From positions 64,001-128,000 of the forward strand of contig CAWBMP010000005.1 of assembly GCA_963790025.1 (NCBI GenBank): 64,000 nt of DNA, given 5' to 3'. This document shows positions 28,453-38,344 of the stretch, one piece after another. Made by a program: the position numbers and the translations under genes. The stretch's first letter is position 1. Each line of letters begins with the position of its first letter. The notes beneath the pieces were generated by a model. The model was not told the DNA's origin, ran no database searches, and saw only the letters and a list, made by a program, of their open reading frames with translations. The DNA comes from Nitrospirota bacterium (GTDB taxonomy: Bacteria > Nitrospirota > Thermodesulfovibrionia > Thermodesulfovibrionales > Dissulfurispiraceae).

Positions 28453-30336
28453 CTATCCCATCCATTTCTCCGATGCCTGCTTCTCCTGGAGGCTCATATC
28501 GGTTTTAAGAGGGAGAAGACATGCCTCACCTTCAATCGGACAAATCACGGATTCACCCCAGATATCCGTAATACGTTCTTTGACCTGGAGGAGTTCATAC
28601 CACTTCTTGAAGGCAGCTATGAACACTATTATCACTAAAGCCATAATGATGACTGACAGTGCGATGAGCAACGTCATGCCCTTCGGCAGGTAATTGGTAG
28701 TAATGTTAAGATATCCGGCGTACAATGTTATATAGGCCATGGCAATGCCCGGCACCGCCGTTATCCACGAGTATCTGGCTTTCCCCATCCGGATAAGCAT
28801 GGTTGTCCCTATTATAAGTGCACTTGATGCGAGGAGCTGATTGCTCATGCCGAAAAGGGGCCATATCGTTGCTATGTCGCCTGTATAGACAAGATATCCC
28901 CATGAGCCGGTAAAGAGTAAACTTGTGATGACTATCCCCGGGATCCATCTTTTTTCGAGGAATTTGGGTATGAATCTGCCGATCATTTCCTGTAGAAAGA
29001 ACCTTCCAACCCTGGTGCCTGTATCAACAGCGGTAAGAATGAATACCGCCTCAAACATGATCGCAAAATGGTACCAATAGGACATCAAACCTTTCATGAA
29101 GGGGATCGACGAGAAAATATAAGACATACCGACTGCGAGCGAGACAGCGCCACCCGGCCTTCCCTGTATCTTTTCTCCTACTGCGAGTGAAAGCTCGGGG
29201 AGATTGACGGGAGCCATGCCGAGCTTCGCAAATGCTGCGGGGGGCGCATTAATGGCAAAGTAGTCTGCAGGGACCAGTACGCATGCCGCAACCAGCGCCA
29301 TAATAGCTACGAAACCTTCGGCGAGCATGGCGCCATATCCGATAAACAGGACGTCCCTTTCATTGCCGATCATCTTGGGCGTGGTACCCGTACCTATGAT
29401 CGCGTGGAACCCTGACAAGGCTCCGCACGCAATAGTGATAAAGACAAACGGGAAAACCGGTCCCGGTATGACCGGCCCGCCGCCACTCACAAACTTTGTA
29501 AGCGACGGCATCAGCAAGGGCGGGTGAACGACGAATATGCCGACTGCAAGGATTGCTATAGTCCCGAGTTTCAAATAAGTCGAAAGGTAATCCCTGGGGC
29601 ATAGGAGCATCCATACCGGGAGAACAGAGGCGATAAACCCATATATGGGGATGATGACGGATATCTGCTTTTTAGTCAGCGTAAAAAAGGATGACAGCAT
29701 CGGGTCGGCTGCAACATAAGGGCCTACCCAAATAGCCAGTGCAAGGAGGGCAACGCCGATAACACTGGCGCCTGCGACGTCTCCTGGTCTTATTTTATGC
29801 ATCCAGAGACCCATCAGGAGCGCAATAGGCATGGTAGCAAATACGGTAAAGGTTCCCCATGCGCTCGAGAACATGGCATTTACAACTGCGATGGAAAGAC
29901 CGGCAAGGGTGAGGAGAAGAATAAACAGGAATGCGACCGAAGCTGCAGCGCCGGCTGTTTTGCCGATCTCACTTTCTGCGATCTTTGCCAGACTCAGCCC
30001 CTTATGCCTCACCGAGGCAAAGAGCACTACCATGTCGTGGACTGCGCCGGCGAGCACGCAGCCGATGATGATCCAGAGTGCGCCAGGCAGGAAGCCGAAC
30101 TGCGCTGCAAGCACCGGACCGAGAAGCGGGCCTGCAGCAGCGATCGCTGCGAAGTGGTGTCCATAAAGAACGAACTTGTTTGTTTTTACATAGTCGATGC
30201 CGTCCGCACATGTGTCAGCCGGCGTCGGACGATCTTTCCTGAGGTTCAGGACCTTGTTAGCAATGAACAGGCCATAAGTACGGTAGGCTATAGCAAAGAT
30301 GCAAAGCGATATAAACACGAGTGTTACGGCGTTCAT
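28453..30336 (-). CDS. cstA: Carbon starvation protein CstA (peptide/pyruvate transporter family)
   Basis: GHHFAAIAAAGPLLGP, LPVWMLLCPRDYLS, ITIACGALSGFH and WPLFGMSNQL. Confidence 0.95.
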   Translation of the reverse strand: MNAVTLVFISLCIFAIAYRTYGLFIANKVLNLRKDRPTPADTCADGIDYVKTNKFVLYGHHFAAIAAAGPLLGPVLAAQFGFLPGALWIIIGCVLAGAVHDMVVLFASVRHKGLSLAKIAESEIGKTAGAAASVAFLFILLLTLAGLSIAVVNAMFSSAWGTFTVFATMPIALLMGLWMHKIRPGDVAGASVIGVALLALAIWVGPYVAADPMLSSFFTLTKKQISVIIPIYGFIASVLPVWMLLCPRDYLSTYLKLGTIAILAVGIFVVHPPLLMPSLTKFVSGGGPVIPGPVFPFVFITIACGALSGFHAIIGTGTTPKMIGNERDVLFIGYGAMLAEGFVAIMALVAACVLVPADYFAINAPPAAFAKLGMAPVNLPELSLAVGEKIQGRPGGAVSLAVGMSYIFSSIPFMKGLMSYWYHFAIMFEAVFILTAVDTGTRVGRFFLQEMIGRFIPKFLEKRWIPGIVITSLLFTGSWGYLVYTGDIATIWPLFGMSNQLLASSALIIGTTMLIRMGKARYSWITAVPGIAMAYITLYAGYLNITTNYLPKGMTLLIALSVIIMALVIIVFIAAFKKWYELLQVKERITDIWGESVICPIEGEACLLPLKTDMSLQEKQASEKWMG

Positions 30337-30374
30337 AAACGTACCTCCTCCTTATTTAGCCGCGGGTTTATTTA

Positions 30375-30731
30375 CTAAAAAGTAAATACCTTGGATTCTG
30401 ATGCTAATGCAATCATCTTTTTTGCTGTCTCGAACCGGGCCGACTTGACCAGGTCTTCTTGCCCGATATGTCGGGCGTTTGCGCACGGGGTGCAAGCAAG
30501 GATCGGCACCTCTGCCTTTATAAGATAATCCAGCAGGGGTTTCAGTTCATCGCCGGTAGGGGATTTCATATTGTCGGCCATGCCTATTTTAGCAATCGTT
30601 ACCCCATCCTCAAGCAGGAAGACATTTACCTCATGTCCTTCCTCTTTGGCAACTTTAGCCAGGTGGATGCATCGAGTGGCCCTCACAGGATCATCCATCC
30701 CCCGGCTTAAAACAAAAAGAAATTTCGCCAT
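30375..30731 (-). CDS. DsrE/DsrF-like family protein
   Basis: GHEVNVFLLEDGV and ACTPCANAR (Cys motif). AGGAGG RBS. Confidence 0.88.
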   Translation of the reverse strand: MAKFLFVLSRGMDDPVRATRCIHLAKVAKEEGHEVNVFLLEDGVTIAKIGMADNMKSPTGDELKPLLDYLIKAEVPILACTPCANARHIGQEDLVKSARFETAKKMIALASESKVFTF

Positions 30732-30876
30732 TTGAGCCTCCTTTGACGATCCAATCTACTAAAACCATATTATATTACGGCAAAAAAGGCAAGCACTACA
30801 AGCATTATAGTGGCCGATAACAGGCATGAAATATGCAAGTAAATATATTCAAATTTTATCTATTTAAAATACCCTC

Positions 30877-30905
30877 TTGACTTTAAACAGGATAAGATTT
30901 ATCCT
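30877..30905 (+). promoter_or_regulatory. Sigma70 promoter overlapped by a perfect palindromic operator
   Basis: TTGACT (30877-82), 17 nt, TATCCT (30900-05). AGGATAA-GAT-TTATCCT (30889-30905) covers the -10 element. Confidence 0.6.
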
Positions 30906-31008
30906 ATATTTAAGAGTGATAGTCCAGGTTGTTATTTTACCGGGGCGGTAGTAATGCTGTGGCAGGCAGACAGCATGATATAGTGGTTATATCTAAAAGG
31001 AGGAAGCC

Positions 31009-31326
31009 ATGGCGAGCGCAAGAAACATAAAAGACATTAGAAGCTACTGTGACGTGGTATTCGGCGAACTTACGGACATGAAAGCCAGTATACTTGGCCT
31101 GGTGGGAGACATCGAGTTGATGCAGGGGCATGACAAAGAGTTGGTGGGGTCCCATTCAAGGCATCTCCGTGATATTGCTAATACTATTGACTGGAAGCTT
31201 GAAATTCTCACGAAGGCGTGCCCTGCAGATTGGATGAAATATTCTGCAGGTGCTGAGAGCGTATCAGTGCAAGAGCCTGGAAGGTTTGCCAGGGAGTTCA
31301 CGTCACCCGGCGATTTCGGCGGATAA
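31009..31326 (+). CDS. Hypothetical protein (105 aa, helical)
   Basis: AGGAGG RBS with its own promoter and terminator. Confidence 0.75.
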   Translation: MASARNIKDIRSYCDVVFGELTDMKASILGLVGDIELMQGHDKELVGSHSRHLRDIANTIDWKLEILTKACPADWMKYSAGAESVSVQEPGRFAREFTSPGDFGG

Positions 31327-31363
31327 GCAGCAGCTGAAATTAGGATTCGGAAAAAAACGAAGG

Positions 31364-31394
31364 AAATGGCGGGAGTTGGTCCCGCCATTTTTTT
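31364..31394 (+). terminator. Intrinsic terminator
   Basis: AAATGGCGGGA-GTTGG-TCCCGCCATTT followed by a T-run. Confidence 0.85.
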
Positions 31395-31497
31395 GTAGCC
31401 GAGGATTGTGAGCTGATTTACGGCGCTTTAAACTGCTGTGATATAATTAATGGCTGTACTATGCCGAATACGAGTTCGTGAGGGTAACGGGCGGGTA

Positions 31498-33078
31498 ATG
31501 AGTTCCAGTGGGCGCATAGCACGGGCGGCAGGTGTGATGTCTGTCGCCACTTTGATTAGCCGGATACTTGGTTATATCAGGGATATGATCGTTGCAGGAT
31601 ATTTTGGAGCGACCGGCACCGCTGATGCTTTTTATGTTGCTTCCAGGATTCCCAATCTGCTAAGGGACCTTTTTGCCGAGGGTGCGACGTCTTCGGCATT
31701 TGTTCCCGTCTTGACCGAATGCCAGACCCGTTCGGGGTACAAGGAGGCAAACAAACTCGTCAGTTCGACTTTTTTGTTTATTCTCCTTGTTGTCGGGATT
31801 ATCTGTATTGCAGGTGTAATTTTCGCTCCGGCGATCGTTGTTATAATAGCTCCGGGATTTCTCAAAGACCCGCAGAAACTGTCGGAAACAATTTTCCTTA
31901 CGAGGATCATGTTTCCTTTTCTGATGTTTATCAGTCTTGCTTCACTTACCATGGGAGCACTCAACACCCGTAAGGTCTTCTTTATACCGGCCCTTGCTCC
32001 CGCCCTTCTTAATGTCGCCAATATAATTTGCATTCTTATGCTGGCCGATCGATTGTCAAATCCGATTGTAGCAGTAGCGATAGGCGTTGTGTTTGGAGGT
32101 TTTGTGCAGTTCGGATGCCAGGTACCTTCTTTCTTTAAAAGCGGGTACGTGTTTTTTCAGAGGAAGAAAAATACAGAGCGCGATGCTTTCTGGCATCCTG
32201 GGCTCAAGAAAATCGGGCGACTTATTGTTCCGGCTACTGCCGGACTCGCGATAACCCAGATAAACATATTTATAAGCACGATCCTTGCCTCGAGTCTTCC
32301 GATAGGCAGCATCACCTATCTGTATTATTCGATGAGACTGATCCATTTCCCTGTAGGCATCTTCGGAGTTGCCATGGGAATGGCAGTGCTGCCGGCATTA
32401 TCGGAGCATTCGGCAAATGGCGAAACCGACAAGATCAGGGAAGATTTCTCATTTGCGCTTCGCCTCCTGTTCTTTATATCTGTGCCTGCCATGGCAGGGC
32501 TAATAGCTCTGAGGTATCCCATTGTTTCCACCCTGTACATGAGGGGCAGGTTCGGCATGGCAGCGACTACAGGAACTGCTGATGCCCTGATGTTCTATTC
32601 TGTCGGTATATGGTCTATGGTCGGCGTCAGGGTCATTACAGCGACGTTTTATTCAATGCAGAATACGCGCACCCCGGTGATTATAGCGGGGGCAGCAATG
32701 CTGACAAATATTCTGTTGAGCCTGGCGTTAATGGGCCCGATGCTGCACCGTGGCCTTGCCTTCGCGAATGCCATAGCCTCGGGAGTAAATTTTCTGCTTC
32801 TTTTCTATTTCCTTAGAAAAAGGCTCGGCAGTCTCGGCACAAGGAGGATAGTCCTATCGTTTGCAAAGACATTTCTGGCGGCTGCCTTAATGGGATTTAC
32901 AGGATGGCTACTGGCAAGGCGTACCTTGATATGGACTGAGGGCGGACACGAGCTTCATAGGGCGGGATACCTCGCCGTAATCATGGTTTTATGCCTCGGA
33001 ATATATGCCGCTGTATCGTATTTGATAAAAAATGAGGAAATGGGATATATAATAAAGAAGATAAGAAGTAGGCAGTAA
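31498..33078 (+). CDS. murJ: Lipid II flippase MurJ (MviN)
   Basis: SRILGYIRD, RIPNLLRDLFAEGA and LIHFPVGIFGVA. Confidence 0.95.
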   Translation: MSSSGRIARAAGVMSVATLISRILGYIRDMIVAGYFGATGTADAFYVASRIPNLLRDLFAEGATSSAFVPVLTECQTRSGYKEANKLVSSTFLFILLVVGIICIAGVIFAPAIVVIIAPGFLKDPQKLSETIFLTRIMFPFLMFISLASLTMGALNTRKVFFIPALAPALLNVANIICILMLADRLSNPIVAVAIGVVFGGFVQFGCQVPSFFKSGYVFFQRKKNTERDAFWHPGLKKIGRLIVPATAGLAITQINIFISTILASSLPIGSITYLYYSMRLIHFPVGIFGVAMGMAVLPALSEHSANGETDKIREDFSFALRLLFFISVPAMAGLIALRYPIVSTLYMRGRFGMAATTGTADALMFYSVGIWSMVGVRVITATFYSMQNTRTPVIIAGAAMLTNILLSLALMGPMLHRGLAFANAIASGVNFLLLFYFLRKRLGSLGTRRIVLSFAKTFLAAALMGFTGWLLARRTLIWTEGGHELHRAGYLAVIMVLCLGIYAAVSYLIKNEEMGYIIKKIRSRQ

Positions 33079-33143
33079 GCAGCAAAGGACAAATATACAA
33101 GACCTATAAGTGAATTTTTTTGCTGCTTACTGCCTGCTTCTTA
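33062..33143. repeat. 25-bp inverted repeat built from 7-mer units, overlapping the murJ stop
   Basis: TAAGAAGTAGGCAGTAAGCAGCAAA versus TTTGCTGCTTACTGCCTGCTTCTTA (24/25 complementary). Confidence 0.8.
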
Positions 33144-33161
33144 CTATTTTTAGGGGGTGCT

Positions 33162-33788
33162 ATGATCGTAAAAAGTATTGCTGTCGGGCCGCTTCAGGCC
33201 AATTGTATTATAGTTGCCGACGAGCCGTCCAAAAAAGCCATTATTGTGGACCCCGGAGACGAGCCTGACCGGATAATTGACATTATCAATGACATGGGAC
33301 TAACCGTTGAATGTATAGTATGCACGCACGGCCATTTTGATCATATGGGCGTGGTAAGCGATATTAAAAAAGAGACAGGGGCACGGGTTGCCATACACCG
33401 GGACGAGCTTACGGTATATAAAGGCTCAAAGGATATGGCTGCGATGTGGGGTTTTTCTATGGACTCCGTTCCTGAGCCCGATATCTTATTGTGTGAAGGC
33501 GATACTGTGGTGGTGGGAGATTTAAACCTTGCCGTTCTCCATACGCCGGGACACAGTCCCGGAGGTATATGTCTTTACGGAGAAAATACGGTTATAACGG
33601 GCGACACCCTGTTTCAGGGCTCTGTAGGGAGGACAGACTTTTACGGCGGTGACATGGAAAAGCTCAAACAATCTTTTCGCAGGCTGATGGCGCTGCCGGA
33701 AGATACGAAAGTTTTTCCGGGGCATGGGCCTGCCACGACTATCGGCCATGAGAAAAAATGGAACATGTTTTCAGAAGAATTCCTGTAG
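33162..33788 (+). CDS. MBL-fold metallo-hydrolase (glyoxalase II-like, YcbL type)
   Basis: THGHFDH, HTPGHSPG, GDTLFQGSVGRTD and PGHG. Confidence 0.92.
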   Translation: MIVKSIAVGPLQANCIIVADEPSKKAIIVDPGDEPDRIIDIINDMGLTVECIVCTHGHFDHMGVVSDIKKETGARVAIHRDELTVYKGSKDMAAMWGFSMDSVPEPDILLCEGDTVVVGDLNLAVLHTPGHSPGGICLYGENTVITGDTLFQGSVGRTDFYGGDMEKLKQSFRRLMALPEDTKVFPGHGPATTIGHEKKWNMFSEEFL

Positions 33789-33934
33789 TTAAGGCAGTTG
33801 ATGAATGACCTGAAAAAATAGCGGACATAAGAGAGAAATTTGTTATCCATTTCGATTTTCACCTTTAAAATTTTCTTCTTTAAGGTACTCTTCGTTAACA
33901 ATAGGCAAACATATTTCTCCCGGCTGATTGCGTG

Positions 33935-33973
33935 TGGTATAATTGCTAAGTTTATTTATTGTTAAACAATGAA
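33935..33973 (+). promoter_or_regulatory. Extended -10 promoter and candidate operator for the TauE/Mo-enzyme operon
   Basis: TGGTATAAT (33935-43). ATTGTT-A-AACAAT palindrome (33958-70) lies just before the AGGAGG RBS. Confidence 0.4.
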
Positions 33974-33987
33974 ACAGGAGGAGAGAA

Positions 33988-35259
33988 ATGAAGCGTTTGT
34001 GGCTGTTGGTTGTTATTACTATATTTGGCACGGCATTGTTTGCGGTTTTTCAGACCGGCACGTTTGCTTCCGAACGCCCAGGGGTCTCCGAAAAGTCGAA
34101 GACTTTTGGGGGTTCAGATGGAAGCGGCATTACCTTGCAGGTGGATAAGACGTCGCTGAATAATGGCGGGACAATTACAATTACAGGATCGGCCCCTCCG
34201 GGTAAGCCCGTCTATATTGAAGTATGGTCCGAAAAGCAGGTGCGCGCATCCCGTTTCGATTCCGATGTGGACAAGGATACGGGGAAAAGACCTTATATTC
34301 TTTACATGACTCATGAAATGCCTGCTTACTACAACATCTTTGTCCCGAAAGACCAGAAGGACAATCTGGACAAGATAAAAAAAGAAGGTAAGCAGTGGAG
34401 TTTCTCAAAGGCCCTGAAGGATGTAGGCGCCGACGAGGTTTACTCTGTACCGGCGGCAATAAAGATAGACAGATATCAGGCCACGCTTATGGGCAGCATT
34501 ATAGGGTCCCGGGGAGATATGCTTCCGGCAATGGACAAAAAAGAGAACCGGAAACTTTCAATGCAGTTGGCAAAAGTCCGTTTCAGATCTCCCGACAAAG
34601 TACTCGGGGCAGGAGTTGAAGTAAACCCGGACGGCACTTATAAGGCAGTTCTGGACATCAGGAAAGGGCTTGCCCCCGGCAAATATAATATCGTGGCGGC
34701 AATTGACAAGAACACAAGAAGCCGGCCTGCTGTTTTTGAAAACAATATTACATTTCCGCATATTTATCTCGGCAACGCCGGTACGAGCCTGAACATTTTC
34801 TGGCCCTTTTTCCTGTCTCTGATCGTCTCTATATTCGGGGTGCTTATGGGCGCTGGAGGCGGTTTCATAATGAACCCTCTTCTGGTTTCCATCTGGCCGC
34901 TTCCGCATGCAGTTGTGGCCGGGACTGTTATGCCCACTGTCCTGTTTTCGCAAGGCAGCGGTATTTATAACTATTCGAGGATAAAATTCATCAGTTGGAA
35001 GCTGGGCATCGCCATAGGGCTCGCAATGGTTGTCGGAGGTTTTATCGGACCAAAGCTGACCGAGTTGATTACTCTCGATCAGTTTAAATTCGTCTTCGGA
35101 TGGATCCTGATTGTGCTTGCGGCACTTATGTATTGGCAGACGACGCCGGGATATATGTCAAGGAACAAGAAGGAACAGGCCATCCTGAAGGAATTCAAGA
35201 AAAAGGCCGAGGAATGCATAAAGGCCAAAGAAGAATGCTCATTGAATGAAGCTAAATAG
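33988..35259 (+). CDS. TauE/SafE (TSUP) family transporter N-half fused to a large exported soluble domain
   Basis: Signal/anchor peptide, ~240-aa hydrophilic domain, then the TSUP motif GVLMGAGGGFIMNP and ~4 TM helices. Confidence 0.85.
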   Translation: MKRLWLLVVITIFGTALFAVFQTGTFASERPGVSEKSKTFGGSDGSGITLQVDKTSLNNGGTITITGSAPPGKPVYIEVWSEKQVRASRFDSDVDKDTGKRPYILYMTHEMPAYYNIFVPKDQKDNLDKIKKEGKQWSFSKALKDVGADEVYSVPAAIKIDRYQATLMGSIIGSRGDMLPAMDKKENRKLSMQLAKVRFRSPDKVLGAGVEVNPDGTYKAVLDIRKGLAPGKYNIVAAIDKNTRSRPAVFENNITFPHIYLGNAGTSLNIFWPFFLSLIVSIFGVLMGAGGGFIMNPLLVSIWPLPHAVVAGTVMPTVLFSQGSGIYNYSRIKFISWKLGIAIGLAMVVGGFIGPKLTELITLDQFKFVFGWILIVLAALMYWQTTPGYMSRNKKEQAILKEFKKKAEECIKAKEECSLNEAK

Positions 35260-35268
35260 GAGGCTGGA

Positions 35269-35658
35269 ATGAAAGTTACTTTTTGGGGACACGAATTTGA
35301 AGTTAATTTAATATTAGGGTGTATAGGAGGTTTCCTCATAGCGATAGTCTCATCGATGTTCGGTTTCGGAGGCGGCCCTTTTATGGTGCCGCTTATGACC
35401 GTAGGCCTCGGACTGCCCATGTACATCGTGGTCGGCAGCTCCCTTCTGGCTATTTTCTTTAATACATTGATGGGGACCATGCGCCATTACCAGTTTGGGA
35501 ACTTCGACCTTGTTTTCTTTCTTGTCATGTTCCCCGCCGCGGTCCTGGGCGGTTTTATCGGTCCGCAGATTGCTAAGAGGGTGAGTCCACTGGTGGTAAA
35601 GAGGATAGCTGTCGCCGGGTTGTTTATTCTGGCATTGAATCTGCTTGGGGTTTACTGA
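35269..35658 (+). CDS. TauE/SafE family transporter C-half
   Basis: SSMFGFGGGPFMVPLM and VVGSSL; ~4 TM helices. AGGAGG RBS overlaps the upstream stop. Confidence 0.85.
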   Translation: MKVTFWGHEFEVNLILGCIGGFLIAIVSSMFGFGGGPFMVPLMTVGLGLPMYIVVGSSLLAIFFNTLMGTMRHYQFGNFDLVFFLVMFPAAVLGGFIGPQIAKRVSPLVVKRIAVAGLFILALNLLGVY

Positions 35659-35659
35659 T

Positions 35660-35721
35660 CGGTAAAGGAGTATATGGGCCTATTCACTCGTTTACTCATT
35701 CACTCTTTTACCCATATACTA
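35660..35721. repeat. 8-nt-periodic repeat / hairpin between tauE and the Mo-subunit gene
   Basis: AGTATATGGG (35669-78) / CCCATATACT (35711-20) perfect IR, with units TTCACTCG TTTACTCA TTCACTCT TTTACCCA. Confidence 0.6.
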
Positions 35722-35737
35722 TAAATTGGAGGTAATG

Positions 35738-37825
35738 ATGGGAGATATATCATCAGTTTACAGCATGTGCGGAATGTGCGCTGTAAGATGTCCGATCAGG
35801 GTGGAGGTAGAGGACGGCGTACTGAAATGGATTGAGGGTAATCAGCACGTACCGGGGATACAAGGAAGCCTTTGTGCAAAAGGGTCTGCCGGGCTGGCAT
35901 TTGAATATGATACGGAGAGGCCCCAATATCCCATGATAAGGACCGGCCCGAGGGGTTCTGGAGAGTGGCGGAAGGCAACATGGGGCGAAGCACTGGATTT
36001 CATAACAGATAGCCTAAAAAAAATAAGGGAAAAATACGGCAGTAAGGCAATTGCTATTGCAGACAGGTCCGGCCCTTTTACGGACCTGTCCAAAAGCTTT
36101 ATTAAGGCACTTGGATCTCCAAACTACTTTGACCATGACGACGCGTGCGCCAAGAATGTAAATCTGGCTTGCCAATCTGTTTTCGGATATGGACGCGGCG
36201 ACATATCTTACGATTTTGCGAATACCGGCCATATTGTGTTATACGGAAGAAATGTATTCGAATCGCTGCAGGTCAAGGAAGTAAATAATATCCTCGATGC
36301 CATGGACGCGGGTACAAAACTGACTTATATAGATATCAGGGCAACGGTGACTGCTTCAAAAGCTGACAAGTTCCTCATGATCAGACCCGGGACGGATTAT
36401 GCACTTAATCTCGCCCTTATTCATGTGATTTTAAAAGAGAGGCTGTATGATGCCGACTTTGTAAATAAATGGGTGGCGGGGCTGACGGAGCTTGAAGGCT
36501 TCGTTGCGCCTTATACTCCGGAATGGGCTGAAAAGGAAACAGGGATACCGGCTTATGAAATTACCGGTCTGGCGCATGATGTGGGCCGGAACAGGCCAAG
36601 AGTAATATTTCACGGCGGCTGGATGCTCTCGCGTTACATCGATTCATTTTACAGCAGCAGGTCGATTTATATCTTAAATGCCTTGATGGGAAATATCGAG
36701 ACGAAAGGCGGACTGATTATTGCAAAAGGACCGAAGGACGCAGGAGCAAGGCCGCTGCGTTCTCTCGGAGAATCGATTCCGGAGGTCAAAGACAAGATAG
36801 TCGACGCAGGGATGCCGGACAAGTCTCTGGGGACAGGACATATCATAAACCTGTACAAGGCGATTAAAACAGGAGTTCCTTATCCTGTAAAGGCGTTTTT
36901 CGCATATCGTTATGACCCTATGGCGTCTCTGCCTGACCCTGAAGCTCAGAAAAAGGTACTGGACAATCTTGACCTGCTTGTTTCCATAGACGTTAATTAT
37001 AGTGAAACTGGATGGTATTCTGATGTAATACTGCCCGAAGCCACATATCTGGAGAGGTCCAATATAATAGCGACGCAGAAGGGTCCGAAGCCGGGCTTTA
37101 TAATGAGGAGGCAAGCTATTGCGCCAAGATTTGACAGCAAGCCTGCATGGGAGATATTCACGCTTGTTGGCGGGAAAATGGGAGCCGGCGAGTATTTCCC
37201 GTACAAGAGCATAGAGGACATCTGGAATTACCAGCTGTCGGGCACAGGGATTACGATTGACGACTTCGACAAGAAGGGAATGGTGGGCCTTGCAGAAAAA
37301 CCTTTGCTTATGGACAGGGACGATCTCAAATTCAAGACCCCCTCCGGGAAGATCGAGTTTGTTTCCGGGGTGCTGTCAAAGAACACTTTCGAGTCATTTG
37401 CTTCTTATGTGAGTCCCCAAAAACCCGAAGACGGTTGTTTCAGGCTGGCATTCGGGAGGACGGCGGTCCATGCCCACGCTCAGTCGCAGAACAATATCTA
37501 TCTCAACGAGATTATTTCCGAAAATGTGCTCTGGATAAACAGGGAGGCGGCGGACAAGCTCGGTATAAACGATGGCGAAATGGTGGAAGTGAGCACTGAC
37601 GGATACAGCGGCAGGATCAGGGCAAAAGTTACGCCATACATACATCTCGAAGCGGTTTTTATGCTGCATGGCTTCGGCAATGAGATCCCGCTGAAAACCA
37701 GGTCTTTTAAAAAGGGACTGAGGGACACGAAGTTCGCCGGTGGGCTGCTGGAAACAGTGGATCCTGTCGGGGGCGGCGTTGCCTATCTTGAATGCATGGT
37801 GAGGGTCAGGAGGATTAAAGAATGA
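35738..37825 (+). CDS. Molybdopterin oxidoreductase catalytic subunit, Psr/Phs (thiosulfate/polysulfide reductase) type, no Tat signal
   Basis: CGMCAVRC...LCAKG FeS motif begins about 8 residues from the start. Cys Mo-ligand region GSPNYFDHDDAC; IRPGTD, SDVILPEATYLER and FKTPSGKIE. Confidence 0.88.
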   Translation: MGDISSVYSMCGMCAVRCPIRVEVEDGVLKWIEGNQHVPGIQGSLCAKGSAGLAFEYDTERPQYPMIRTGPRGSGEWRKATWGEALDFITDSLKKIREKYGSKAIAIADRSGPFTDLSKSFIKALGSPNYFDHDDACAKNVNLACQSVFGYGRGDISYDFANTGHIVLYGRNVFESLQVKEVNNILDAMDAGTKLTYIDIRATVTASKADKFLMIRPGTDYALNLALIHVILKERLYDADFVNKWVAGLTELEGFVAPYTPEWAEKETGIPAYEITGLAHDVGRNRPRVIFHGGWMLSRYIDSFYSSRSIYILNALMGNIETKGGLIIAKGPKDAGARPLRSLGESIPEVKDKIVDAGMPDKSLGTGHIINLYKAIKTGVPYPVKAFFAYRYDPMASLPDPEAQKKVLDNLDLLVSIDVNYSETGWYSDVILPEATYLERSNIIATQKGPKPGFIMRRQAIAPRFDSKPAWEIFTLVGGKMGAGEYFPYKSIEDIWNYQLSGTGITIDDFDKKGMVGLAEKPLLMDRDDLKFKTPSGKIEFVSGVLSKNTFESFASYVSPQKPEDGCFRLAFGRTAVHAHAQSQNNIYLNEIISENVLWINREAADKLGINDGEMVEVSTDGYSGRIRAKVTPYIHLEAVFMLHGFGNEIPLKTRSFKKGLRDTKFAGGLLETVDPVGGGVAYLECMVRVRRIKE

Positions 37826-38331
37826 GCGAGTATTACATATATCAGGACCAGAAGAGATGCATAGGATGCTATGCATGCGAGGTGCACTGCAAGACCAAAA
37901 ACAATCTGCCGGTCGGCCCCAGGTTCTGCAGGATCATCCCGGTAGGGCCGAAGATGACAGCGGGTATCCCGAAAATGCAGTTTATCTTCATGCCCTGTTT
38001 CCATTGCGAAAAGCCGTGGTGTGTTTCGGCATGCCCGACAGGGGCGATGCAGAGAAGGGCAAAGGACGGCATTGTATTCGTTGAGCAGTCGTTGTGTGTG
38101 GGCTGCAAGTCATGCATAACCGCCTGCCCGTGGGGTGTGCCCCAGTGGGACCATGAAACCGGCAAAGTAATAAAGTGCGATTACTGCAGGGACCGGGTTG
38201 ACAAAGGCCTGAAACCGGCATGCGTCATCAAATGCACTGCACACGCGCTTCGCTGGGTCACTCCGGAAGAAGCATCCGGTTTGAAAAGAGAAAGATTTGC
38301 AAAAGAGGTCGCCGAAAATTTCAATTACTAA
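37822..38331 (+). CDS. 4x[4Fe-4S] electron transfer subunit (PhsB/DmsB-like)
   Basis: CIGCYACEVHC, CFHCEKPWCVSACP, CVGCKSCITACP and KCDYC...PACVIKC. Confidence 0.92.
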   Translation: MSEYYIYQDQKRCIGCYACEVHCKTKNNLPVGPRFCRIIPVGPKMTAGIPKMQFIFMPCFHCEKPWCVSACPTGAMQRRAKDGIVFVEQSLCVGCKSCITACPWGVPQWDHETGKVIKCDYCRDRVDKGLKPACVIKCTAHALRWVTPEEASGLKRERFAKEVAENFNY

Positions 38332-38344
38332 TCTGCATAAGACC

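Noticed and set aside
30822..30837. Sigma54-like GG-N10-GC (AGGCATGAAATATGCA)
   Set aside because: Only a partial match to TGGCAC-N5-TTGC, and a better sigma70 promoter lies closer to the gene.
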